A program made the translations under genes and the position numbers. Below the pieces are notes generated by a model. That model was not told the DNA's origin, did no database searches, and saw only the letters and a list, made by a program, of their open reading frames with translations. Positions 1 through 10,604 of a stretch of DNA of 64,000 nucleotides are shown piece by piece. How positions within the stretch are numbered: the first letter of the stretch is position 1; each line of letters opens with the position of its first letter. This DNA is from Nemertoderma westbladi (Eukaryota; Animalia; Xenacoelomorpha), in the NCBI GenBank assembly GCA_032718475.1, contig JAUCBJ010002263.1, forward strand, positions 28,565-92,564, read 5' to 3'.

Positions 1-649
1 GGGCGCTGCATGGCAAGTGGAGCATTTCGAAGGGCGAAGGGGTGTGCGGTCCAAGTTAAAGTGGGCGCTAGCGTGTTGTGGACATCTTTTCCCTGCGTTG
101 CTGACGGCCTAACGGTCTAGGCGGTCATCTTCCCGATGTTTGGCTGTCCCAAAGTTGGACCAAAGAAAAACATGTTCAGGAGTTTACAAATATATTTACA
201 GTTTACGAAGTTAATTGTGATTGTACAAGTAGTGATAACCGAAGGCAAACCAGCCCTTTATATACTAAATCTGGGACATAGAATTCGCTAGAACCTCCTA
301 GAGTATTCGATGGCCTCACATTGGAGCAATAAGATATTCCATGCCTTATGATTGGCCTAACTCATCGTTCGATACGTTGTACGCACCTCATTGGCTTACC
401 AATTTGTACCAAATGAAAATAAATGGCCCCAAAATACAAATTTCCCGACCAAGATTCGAACTCGTAACCTATGTAATGCAACCAACGCCTTAACCATCTG
501 ACCACTACGCCACGAGAGTAACTAGGGGTTTTATGTATACAAATATGAATAGGCATATTACATTACTGTAACTTAATCAACGTGCGTCGGATTTTCGAAA
601 GTTTTTACGTTATACTACAAATGCTATTCTATATTGAAATAATTCATCA
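1..649 (-). repeat. 3' LTR of element 1 (partial)
   Basis: Direct repeat of 22896-23544 (offset 22895); identity stops exactly at 649/23544. Confidence 0.95.
440..515 (-). ncRNA. tRNA-derived Pol III A/B-box unit in U3 of element 1 3' LTR
   Basis: Minus strand: TGGTCAGATGGTTAAGGCG (A box/D arm) ... GAGTTCGAATC (B box). Acceptor and anticodon stems do not fold. Confidence 0.6.
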
Positions 650-666
650 CCGCTCCATGAAAACAG
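650..666 (-). other. Plus-strand primer site (PPT position) of element 1
   Basis: CTGTTTTCATGGAGCGG immediately precedes the 3' LTR; the identical 17-mer precedes the 3' LTR of element 2. Confidence 0.7.
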
Positions 667-1182
667 TAAGTAAGACTGTTTTCACCAATCGAAATACAAA
701 ACTATTTACAAATACTTCTAAGTCTACTGGTAGGGCCTAAAATATAAAACAATCACTATCTAATTATTGCATACTTAACATTACAGGTACAGCGTAAATA
801 CAATCCATCATACATACAAAATACAAATTTACAAATCAACTTTAGTGCATAAAATACAAAAAAAAGGCTTTCGGTTATCAAGATAAACAAAATAAACAAA
901 TCAGAACAAAATAAATCAAAACGAATCGAACAAATAATTGCAACTCTTTCAATAAATCTTTATATATTGTAAATATACATAATAAACTTCCACCAAATTA
1001 AATCAGTCCAAATATAAAATAAACATAAGGCGCTAAAATCCTTTAAATAAGTCTTAAAGTGTCCTCCTGACGATCTAAATAGTTCGTCCTGCTGGTCTGG
1101 ATGTCTTCTCCTGAGCACTAATTGCTAACGGTAGGCTCGCAAGCCTTCCTTCTCTATCTCGCTCCTCCAAATCAACGTCCGA

Positions 1183-1334
1183 TATAAATACCAAAATATA
1201 ATATCCAAACATAAAATATCCAATATAAATATCCAAATATAAAATATCCAATATAAACATCCAAATAAAATATCCAAATATAAAATATCCAATATAAACA
1301 TCCAAATAAAATATCTGAATATAAATATCCAAAT
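1183..1334. repeat. ~14-15-bp AT-rich tandem repeat (ATATCCAAATATAAA-like) in 3' UTR of element 1
   Basis: About 10 visible units, flanked by two copies of the 20-nt hairpin motif. Confidence 0.85.
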
Positions 1335-1370
1335 CGGTAGGCTCGCAAGCCTTCCTTTCTTCTCGCTTTC

Positions 1371-2873
1371 CTATTCCTTGGCTGATCGGGCTCGTCCACA
1401 TCCTCTAGTGCGACTGGGTGGTGGTCGAGATCGAACTGGACTCGGACTTCGGTGTCGAGTTATTGGTGGTTCCAAAACGCTAGGAAAGGGGACGACGGGA
1501 GTCTCACACATCCGTCGTGCGCTCAGTCCTCTAAATCCTCGTCCGATTCCAACTGTCGGCTTAACATCGGATCGAGTTTCTACAACGCTGGGAGGAAGTC
1601 GAAAGGGTAGGACCATTCCGTCCGTTGACACCTCGCTCTCTGACGTCGTTTGAATCCTAATGGGTTCCGGCAAAGCGTATCCTGTCCCTCCGCGTGGTTC
1701 TCTAGCGAGGGAAACCGTGCCCCGAGTCATCCGGATTTGCGACTTCGATGTCGTCCTCTCGGCGACATTTACTACTTTCTTTATCTCTTGTCCGGCCTTT
1801 TGGGCTCTGAGTATACGAAGTTGCGGATCATCCTGTGGGTGACGTGTCTTTTCAGCTAACGGCGTGGCCTTGAAGCCAGTCTCACGCAAAACGTCGGTCT
1901 CGTCTAGAATGCACGAGGTTACGCGTTTGTGATAAAATGCGCTCCTGTATGCCCAAGCTATCGAATGCCAAGCTCCTCGATTCCGCTGTTCAACTCGCAA
2001 TTTGTCGAATTCCCCGGCGGTAATCTTGTTCACCACAGTTTGAAAGTTCCAAGTATTCTTGTTGTCGGGGTGTACCTGTAGAAAGTAGTCCCGCACAACT
2101 TTAAATCCGCTATCCAGTGGCAATATATCCAGCACCTCCAGAAGTTCGTCGTACTGAGGCATAGCCGACACGTATCCTTCCTTCGACATTATGAGAGGGT
2201 TTACGGCCCAAAATCCCAAGTGGGCTCTCATAGGAAAACGGCGTCGCTGCGTTGATACATGCTCGTCTGCTAGATTCTCCCAATGGTCGAATAGCTGTCG
2301 AACGATTTTAACTGACATATGCTCATAGGGAACGTCCCTATGTTGACATTCGGACGCCCTATGGCCTTTAATATTACAATATGTGCACTGCGCCACGAAA
2401 CGCCAGCAAGTGTAGAAAGTGTGCGAACGCTGATCCCCGCACCAGTTGCATACCAAGTCCGGTAGAGATATGTGTTTCGCTCCGCATTTCTTTGCGTGGT
2501 GGCCAGTTGCCCCGCATCTGCCACAAATAGTGTTGGCAGGGTACCAAACTCGCTCATAGATAAGATCTCCGATGGGGCGAGCGCTACCGTCTACGTGATA
2601 ATTCTCATCATCCGGGTCAGTCGGTATGTTCGTCTCTGTGGGTTGTACACAAACCATGACATCGCTTTTCTCCAACTCGCGTATCTCAGTTCGCGTCTTC
2701 CTCGGAAGATTCTCCTCTATTTCGATGAGTTGCCGCAACGGTTCGTCTATTAGCGCCAACTCGGTCAGATCCACATCGTCGTGATGGGCGGTAGGCTCGC
2801 GAGCCTTCCAGGATCCTTCCGGGCGTTCGAATTCCGCGTGGCGTTCCCCGTCGTAGGGTACTAACGTTAACAT
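1371..2873 (-). CDS. Accessory protein, C-terminal part: three CCHC zinc knuckles plus RG/RS-rich tail
   Basis: CGRCGATGHHAKKC, CNWCGDQRSHTFYTC, CTYCNIKGHRASEC; tail GIGRGFRG...RSPSPVRSR...GRARS. Clear homolog at 36150-37586. In frame with 2991-4784 across one TGA. Confidence 0.8.
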   Translation of the reverse strand: MLTLVPYDGERHAEFERPEGSWKAREPTAHHDDVDLTELALIDEPLRQLIEIEENLPRKTRTEIRELEKSDVMVCVQPTETNIPTDPDDENYHVDGSARPIGDLIYERVWYPANTICGRCGATGHHAKKCGAKHISLPDLVCNWCGDQRSHTFYTCWRFVAQCTYCNIKGHRASECQHRDVPYEHMSVKIVRQLFDHWENLADEHVSTQRRRFPMRAHLGFWAVNPLIMSKEGYVSAMPQYDELLEVLDILPLDSGFKVVRDYFLQVHPDNKNTWNFQTVVNKITAGEFDKLRVEQRNRGAWHSIAWAYRSAFYHKRVTSCILDETDVLRETGFKATPLAEKTRHPQDDPQLRILRAQKAGQEIKKVVNVAERTTSKSQIRMTRGTVSLAREPRGGTGYALPEPIRIQTTSESEVSTDGMVLPFRLPPSVVETRSDVKPTVGIGRGFRGLSARRMCETPVVPFPSVLEPPITRHRSPSPVRSRPPPSRTRGCGRARSAKE

Positions 2874-2990
2874 CGACGGTCTGTCGACTAGGCTTCCCGC
2901 GTGAGTGAGATAGACGTCCCTGAAAACGCAAAGTCCCGCTCGCGTGAAAACTTCGCAGTGCGCATCGGTGTTATAAAAGGGTTGGAGAAA

Positions 2991-4784
2991 TCATCGGAAT
3001 ACATCCGTATGCATCCTTCCTCCGTCGTAAAAGGTATGTCCTTCACCGAGACATAACGGATGTCGCTTCAGAGTCCTAGACACAACATCGGCGATGAAGC
3101 AGACGTTGACCGAAGATTCTATCGCCAAGTAATATTGTAAGATTATTCGCGGAGGTGAAGTAATCGCCCAGTACACGCAACCTCGCCACTTTAGCTGTGA
3201 CTCGAACTCGTTTACGTCGGGAGTGTCTCCCTCTCCGTATACGTCCGTGTATTTGCTCCTCTTACTCTCCTTATAATCCCAACTGAACATTAGATATGAG
3301 ATATAACCCGTCCCAGTTTTTAGCGTGTTATACTCCCTAAAGTATCCTTGCTCGATAGCCCAAAGCAACAATGGTCTAGTATCCACGTATGGCGTAGGCA
3401 ATCGGTCCTCTTCCGTGGGCATCCCTGCAAAGTCGCTAATAAGGTCATCCTGTACACTGGATCCGATCTTGACGATGCTTTTGTCTAACACAACGTCTCG
3501 CATGGCCTTTGGCAACATCCTAGCTTCTATGCTACAAGCCAGGTCCATGGATTTAACTATCCGTTTTATCATCGCGTGTCTTTGCGTCGTTCCTTCCGGC
3601 ATAGGCATCTTTCTATCGCTTCTTTGTCGGCTGAAGACATGTAACACGCCATCTGGTGCTCTAATCTGTATAGTCTTTGAAGTGAGGCTTTGCTGGTGGC
3701 TTCCTCCTTCATTATCGTAAAACATGTAACCATTCTCCTTCAGAGATCGGCTAGTCACGTCCCAATCGTCGAGTAAATCGTCGGTAGGGTTCCAAATTCT
3801 CCCAATCGACTTTTCATCATCGAAACTAATAGGTTTTCTGGTCCAATTGGTCGCGATGTCGGTGTCGGTCTCGAATGTTCCAACTCCGATCCATAATCGA
3901 ATCGTTCTCGTCAGATATCCTCGCAAGATACAAGGTGCGATATCCGTCCCTGCGCGATCCACTTCCTTAAAATCCGTAATATGTGGAGGCACATTGCGTA
4001 CGATTTTCTGAACTATTGTTCTACGCAACTCGGCTGACTCTAACACATCACCATAGGTAACCGATGGGAGGAAATCCAGGTTCGAAATGATCTCCGGGTG
4101 TTCAACTATAGGGATCTCGTAAGTTGTCTCCTTCCGGGTCGGTATACTAATAGGAAAACTAGTTGGTCTCGCAACCGGTACTATCGTTCCAGCAGAATGG
4201 GGTTGAGGTTCTCGCGTCATCTCGACATGAGGTATCTGTAGTCTCTGCGACAAACGCTGAGCAAAGGTGATACTATCGAAGAGCTCGGGTGTCATCTCCT
4301 TAGGTTCGGTTTGATCGTGGGATATCCAATAGAATGGTAGGCTCGCGAGCCTTCCGCCGAACTCCTCGATCTCGCCTTTCTCGTACGCCTTGTACGCCCT
4401 GTAGAGGCTCAAAGCTTCCCGTTTCTCTTGCGTCGACTTATTAGATTCGTCCACTACCATGCTGTAGACGTCTGGTTCGACTAATTTAGGTTCGTTAATA
4501 TGCTTTCGTCCTTCTGGGCTCCTCCCGGAGGCGCACCCACGAGGCGGACGTGTTTCCACCACCCCTGGGGCCAGTCTGACTGATGTTATTATCAGACCGG
4601 GCCGGAGGGTGGCCCGATGCTTCCCGGGTTCTGTTTTCGGTCCCCTGATCACACCGGCACAGCTCGTCGAACGTGTAGCCAGATGGATGGCTACTGTCAA
4701 CTTACTGTGGCCTGACTGTACATTGAGCCAACTCAAAGTATAACAAAGAGTCAACCGGCAGGTGGACCAGTCGATAGCGATCAA
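2991..4784 (-). CDS. Accessory protein, N-terminal part: DEDD/DnaQ-like 3'-5' exonuclease (WRN/EXD/Mut-7-like fold)
   Basis: FYDNEG (ExoI DxE), TIQIRAPDGVLHVF, LPKAMRDVVLDKSIVKIGSSVQDD (ExoII), YVDTRPL, LQYYLAIE (ExoIII-like). True start uncertain (ATG at 4460 or spliced). Confidence 0.6.
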   Translation of the reverse strand: MIAIDWSTCRLTLCYTLSWLNVQSGHSKLTVAIHLATRSTSCAGVIRGPKTEPGKHRATLRPGLIITSVRLAPGVVETRPPRGCASGRSPEGRKHINEPKLVEPDVYSMVVDESNKSTQEKREALSLYRAYKAYEKGEIEEFGGRLASLPFYWISHDQTEPKEMTPELFDSITFAQRLSQRLQIPHVEMTREPQPHSAGTIVPVARPTSFPISIPTRKETTYEIPIVEHPEIISNLDFLPSVTYGDVLESAELRRTIVQKIVRNVPPHITDFKEVDRAGTDIAPCILRGYLTRTIRLWIGVGTFETDTDIATNWTRKPISFDDEKSIGRIWNPTDDLLDDWDVTSRSLKENGYMFYDNEGGSHQQSLTSKTIQIRAPDGVLHVFSRQRSDRKMPMPEGTTQRHAMIKRIVKSMDLACSIEARMLPKAMRDVVLDKSIVKIGSSVQDDLISDFAGMPTEEDRLPTPYVDTRPLLLWAIEQGYFREYNTLKTGTGYISYLMFSWDYKESKRSKYTDVYGEGDTPDVNEFESQLKWRGCVYWAITSPPRIILQYYLAIESSVNVCFIADVVSRTLKRHPLCLGEGHTFYDGGRMHTDVFR

Positions 4785-5671
4785 GCACCAAGGTCACCCC
4801 TGGGCCTAACCGACAGTCTTGTCCCAAGCGGGCTTGCGCTACCCAACATTGGAATTTTGACACGTTTTCACCTGCCTCGCCGGCAGTATTGAGGGGAAAT
4901 AAGTTCCGCAAACAATACTGACTAGCTCGAAAGCTAGGAACAAGTAACCACTTACCAGTCACTGTACACGTGTACTCAACAGATGTTCACAAATCAAGTA
5001 CACAAAAGGTAAACACAAAATCGAACACATACCATGCACACACAGAGACAAAATCGGTAAAGACAAAATCGAGGTCAAAGTTAGAGGGGACAAAATTGTA
5101 TCGACTGAAAGCCAAAAAAAAAGTCGAGAGTACTTTATTTTACCGTCAGGGTAAAATAACTTGTGTGTACAAAGCATGCTGGGGTGCAGTAGAGATATGG
5201 TCCTACTAATACCAGCGGCGTCTGGACCAACTGGCAAGGGTTCCCACACTCACTCGCACTGGCCATACATACAATCACGTGTACTCACGTACCCACAGCA
5301 ACAGAAAGCTCAAAGACCCAAACAAATTCCAAAGACCAATCAGCTGAACATGGAGACAATAACATATAGTATCAAAAAAACGGAACAGCTGATGGCCAAA
5401 GGAACCCATCCAAGCCCCAAGCAAACTGCCACCGATTGCCCACATACAAAACATAGTTCACGCCACATGAGCCACAAATCACGCCATGCCACCACCCCTA
5501 CTGTGTACAGGACTGGCAGTACAGCAACAGGCCGACTAGACGGTACCACGGCACCATGTCGATTCATGGTTCGCTAGACACGAGGGCCTTAAGTATCTCC
5601 CTTGCACTTACGCGGTACTTTAACGTGCCCCCAGACCCTCACGAGTCCGCCGCCGCCTGTTGATCGCACCC

Positions 5672-6313
5672 CTATAGGGACCTCACCTCTTTAGGTACGA
5701 TCTCACCCGCATTCGGTCCACTCATTTTAAACGAATGATACGGATTTGTCAAAGGGTATCCGCCTTCTTGGTAACGTAGACTTTGGTGGTATGAGCATCG
5801 CGCTAATATCGGCTCGGGGTTCTCCGAGTTCAACCGCATAGGAATCGCGTTGTCTTGCTCACGCATACACGCTCCACATTTATAAAACAGTTTGTATATG
5901 GAGAACGCGTCCTTGGTCTCTGGATCCGCTCCTCGAGCGCGTCTATAAAGATGCATTCCTTCAAATTCGTCTCTGGCTGCAGGTAAGGGTTCATTTACCG
6001 TCAAGTATTGCAGCATATGATATAATCGGCGTATTTCGGTGTCTGGATCCTCGCAAATGTCGCTAGCGTCGCATAACGCGTCGTAAGGATATAACGCATT
6101 GAACTCCGCACGTAATTCCTCCGTTCTTTTGTTATATGCGTCCAATCGTTGTCGTGTAACATTCGGGTCCGCCTTGGATTTAGCGAGCTTGGCTGTACTC
6201 CTAGCCATACTCTCCACTCCAAACACACTAAAGTTTTTAGCTCCATAACGATTAAATGGCGCCTGGTGCTCTTGTTCCTTGACGTAACTCTTTATAAATC
6301 TTCTCCGCCATCA
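5672..6313 (-). CDS. Accessory ORF-A of element 1, unknown function (possible Zn-binding CGAC...CSYH); frameshift near 6290
   Basis: APFNRYGAKNFSVFGVESMARSTAKLA aligns with APFERFGAKDYTIFGIKELSESTAKLA at 35983-36219 in element 2. Confidence 0.6.
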
Positions 6314-6485
6314 TATACGCATATATAACCCCACAATATTTATTACTATTAATGAATCAATCACAATTACAAACAATATTAACAAACAAACAATTGCACA
6401 GATACCCATCACCAAGATACAATGAAACTTTTAAAATTTATTTGTAAGGAGCCCAAAATTTTGAGAATTTTTAGTTTAAAACGCT

Positions 6486-9400
6486 CTAGACGCTAGGTAG
6501 CCCAGCACCGTCATCCAGCCCTAGGCCGCTCCTCCACTTCACCCTGGATCCCCGAAGGCAGTGGGTGGCGCCGCGGATGACCGCCAGCTGGATGCGGGTT
6601 CGAACCCAGCCCATGGTGACGCTGTAAGGACGCCCCCATGACCGATGCAGCCAGTCAGCCACCACGCGAAGCAGGTGATTTGCCTGAGGAGCGAGTACTC
6701 CGCAGCAGGACGCAACGAAAGGCGAAAAGTCACCTCTTCGAGCAGTAACTGCGTCCGCATAGAGCCGCCTCTTCTCGTCTTCGGCAGACACTAGTACTGA
6801 CATCGGGGCGCGACCCACGTAAGACTCGGCGTCAAGGTTTACAACCCGGATGTCTATCAACGCCTGAGTCTGTGGGTTTAGTGCGCCCCGGATGCCCACG
6901 TCACACCGAAGACCAGCTGCTCCCTCCTCCCCCTGCTGCTCCCGGACTATCGGCTCACGCACCACGTTACGCGGTCCAAATGCGAGCGCGGCGAGATCCC
7001 CGAAAACATCCCGCAGTTCGTTATGGCGTTGGATGACAAGGCCGCCTTTTTTACAATTTAAACCGTGGTTTAAATCAAAGGCGGCCCCACACCCATCGCA
7101 CCTGCTCGGAACTGCCGCCAAGGGGCGACCATAGCGGATCGCCAGGGCGTCCCGGAACTCCTGTGGCGACAAGTCTAGGTGGTGGTCGGCTAGCGGAACA
7201 GCAGAAATCCACCCACTCGAGCGGAAATCGGCGGCACACCGCACTGTCCGGCTGCGGCAGTCCGTTAACTCCTCTAGCGTGGATTCGAGGTCGACTTTCT
7301 CCCGCAACATCTGCTGTTCCCGACCCTCTTTCCGCGCTCGCTTCAGACAGTCCAGATGCTCCGAGTGTATGTATGAGCTCTTACCGAGTATGGCTGCCGC
7401 GAGGGAAGCGGTCCCCTTCTGTGAAACCGAGAAGGACTGGGCAGCCTCGGACACCGGATTTCGCAGCCCGAGCCCAGCGTTGCGGGGGGACAGACCGAAC
7501 AGTTTTCTCTCTTGGGAGGATACCTCACTTCCTAAGATTGCCGGAAGAAACCGTTCGGTTATCGCCTCCTCCAGCACCTCGTATTCCTCACTACAGTCCG
7601 GGGTTACCCGTTGTAGGTAGGCCCACTCCCGCTGGAGGGAGCAGGCCATAGCCGCAAATGCGGCTTGGGGCTAGGCCTCTGCCATCTCAGCGCAAGACGA
7701 TCAACAGAGTCGACCCACCCTGCTACCTTAGCCTGGACATGGCCCCTCCTCTCTACAGCGCCGCCTATGTACCCGTTGAGGAATCGATGACCTGACACAA
7801 TATTTATCGATTGGCCCGCAAAGACTCTATGAGCCTCCTCGACAAACTCTGGGGCTACTACGAGGTAGCATTTCTTTGGCTCCGGGAAGTATCCGAGAGT
7901 TGGTCCGAAACGCTGTAGCTCGATGAACCATTCGAGAACCAGCTCCAGTCTACCTCCCGCCCCTGAGTCATCCTCATACCAGTTCTGAACCAGTTGAGTA
8001 TCCGGTGGTTTACGCAGGAGGTGAATGAAGGGGAGAATCCCTGAAGAATACTCAAGCATAGCGAGAGGATCTCCCTGCGTGGTGCCCTCCTCACTGAATA
8101 TCACCTCCTCGGTCCCGCGTATTGTTAGTATGCCATGCCCCCGGTAACTATTGAACAGAAACAGGGAGCATCGAGGCCACAGCCGACGCGCATTCCACAG
8201 CGCGGCTGTCCGGTTTAGAGAGTTAAACGCGTTTGACGCGTCTATGAGGAGAAACCCCCAGCCATCATCACTCCGTTGATCGAACAGATCTGCCATCGTG
8301 TGGACAGCGGCCTCCACCCCTGCTGATGTGCCGGCGGAGAGCTGTTCAGCGCCGCAGGTTGCCGTAATATCATCCCCCGTGGCTTCAGCCATTGAGCGAC
8401 CGAGAATGCGACGCAAGCATTCCCCGATCCCGATCGGCCGAACTCCTGGGCATTTATCCAGGGCAATCAACCGACACGACATAAGGGCACGTGCGGACTC
8501 CCACGGTATAACTGTGTTGGCGAAGGACCGGGCGATATCGGCGATGGCGTCATGAAGGCGTTCGCTGTGGGCGCTGTATCTGAGTAAATAGTCGCCCCAG
8601 CGAGTTGAGTCTGAGCCCGCCGGGCCGGCTCCCCCATGTAGTCGGCGAGCAGCAGACTCGACGTGGGAGGCCGTTATGTCAACATCGACACGGATTGGGA
8701 GTTCTTCATCTGGTTGAAGGAGAGATTCTGGGGGGGGGGGTTCGGAGGCGGGTGGATGCTTGGCTCTCAGGATATCGAGGACTTTGACATTTCCTCCTCC
8801 CATGTCGACTTCCTGGTTAGGGTCTAATAAACCGCCGCTCTCCCGACCGGTCACCCAGCGTACAGCGCTGCGTACCTTCCCTTCTAACATCAGACGAGTA
8901 AAAACTCGGATCGTGTGATCCTTGTCCTCGCCAGCCGGCTTGCTTCTCGCTCGCCGCCCTGAACTGAACTTGAGGGAGCAGCGCTCCGCCTCCTGTAGTA
9001 AGGCCTCCATATTCCCGGCCTTCCACATCTGTAATCTGCGGCTCAGAAGGCGCCGGATGTCCGCGGCCTTTGCAACTTTTGGGTCGCGGTGGAGGAGCAA
9101 TGCGTCCAAAAGTATGATCCTATCCGAACGCGCGTTGGCTATGTTGTGGCGCAGCCCAGACACGAAGGCCGTCGCTTCCTCCGCCAGCATCGCAACACGT
9201 CACGGCCCACTGCACCCCCTGGTAGTCTGTATTTGGAACCGCAGAGCTGAGTCGCCCGTCTCCACTGATGGAGCAGGCAGTCCGGCACGGCCCCCTTCCC
9301 TACCAGTGGGGCCCCATATGCCCTCGTCATTAGGTCATGAGGGTCGGTGTTCCTTCGGGGCTCCCCACCTGTGCTCCACTGGTTGCTGAACACAGTTCCG

Positions 9401-10604
9401 TCCGTAGCAACTTGCGGCTGTCTCACGGTTTGCAAACCAACAGGCGGACCCGTGGGTACAGACAAGCCAACAGACGGACATGTGGGGACAGACAATCTGA
9501 CAGGCGGACCCGTGGGGACAGACAAACCGACAGGCGGACCCGTGGGGACAGACAAACCGACCGCCGGACCCATGGGGACAGACAAACCAGCAGGCAGACC
9601 CGCGGGGACAGACAAACCGACAGGCGGGCCCGTGGGGACAGACAAACCGGCAGGAGGAGCTGAGGGAACAGACAAATCGACAGGCGGACCCATGGGGACA
9701 GACAACCCGCCAGGCGGACCAGTGGGGACAGGCAAACCGACAGGCGTACCCGTGGCGACAGACAGACCGACAGGTGGACCCGTGGGGACAGACGATCCAA
9801 CAGGCGGACCGGGTGGGACAGACCCGAACCCGTGGGGACAGACTGGCCGACAGGCGAACCCGTGGCAACAGACAAACCGACAGGCGGACCCGTGGGGATA
9901 GACAATGCGACGGGCGGACCCGTGGGGACAGACGAACCGACAGGTGAACCCGTGGGGACAGACAAGCCGACAGGCAGACCCGAGGGGACAGACAAACCGA
10001 CCGCCGGACCCGTGGGGACAGACAAAACAACAGGCGGACATGTGGGGAGGGACAAGCCGACAGACGGACCCGTGGGGACAGACAAACCGACCAGCGGACC
10101 CGTGGGAACAGACAAGCCGACAGGCGGACCCGTGGGGAGAGACAAACCGACAGGCGGACCCGTGGGGACATACAAACCGACGGGCGGACCGGTGGGGGTG
10201 GACAGACCGACGGGCGGACCCGTGGGGACAGACAAACCGACCACCGGGACCGACATACTGACACGGTATGGGGAACGGCGTGTCACCAACGTGTCGCTCA
10301 GCGAGTGAAAAGAACAATCGCTGTCGGACCGGTCCGACAATGTATCGTCATGGGAGTCGTCCCCCCTCCCCAACTCAGAAGGAAGCGGCTGGGAAAAGGA
10401 CGTAATCGCTGACGCCGGCCCGTCTCGTTGTCCATCAATGATCGGGGTGGGTTGAGGGGTTGTCGGCGAACCGACTCCGCCGTTCAGGCACCGTCTCCGC
10501 TTGCCGGGAATGCAGTCCCAGCATTCTCGGCCTGCCCTTACGCAGGGGCACCACGCACCGCGCTTGCAAGTGCCGTTAATACCGCATCCGCAGCATGAGG
10601 GCAT
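6486..10604 (-). pseudogene. Single ORF of the CRE-like element (Cys-rich N-terminus, decapeptide repeats, RT, CCHC, PD-(D/E)xK endonuclease); frameshifts near 9830, 9200 and 7670
   Basis: RLIALDKCPGVRPIGIGECLRR, DASNAFNSLNR, EGTTQGDPLAM, WYEDD, GYFPEPKK; CDGC..NHGLNC..RHNELRD..RCD..DIRV. Confidence 0.85.
9433..10252. repeat. 30-bp coding minisatellite (~27 units), encodes TGPPVGLSVP
   Basis: Unit GACAAACCGACAGGCGGACCCGTGGGGACA repeated with variants. Confidence 0.95.

Noticed and set aside
362-556. 64-aa ORF repeated at 23257-23451
   Set aside because: Lies in LTR U3 over the tRNA-like unit and has no counterpart in the element 2 LTR; duplication reflects LTR identity only.
1075-1401. Hydrophobic Ile/Tyr/Phe-rich ORFs as an env transmembrane anchor
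   Set aside because: Translation of an AT-rich 15-bp tandem repeat in the 3' UTR; not conserved in element 2.
4674-5580. Solo LTR (TG...CA) nested in the accessory region
   Set aside because: No matching 4-6 bp TSD and only weak terminal inverted similarity.
9335-10308. Multiple overlapping ORFs on both strands (e.g. collagen-like GGPVGTDKPT)
   Set aside because: By-products of a stop-free 30-bp repeat; only the frame linking the Cys-rich start to RT is plausible.
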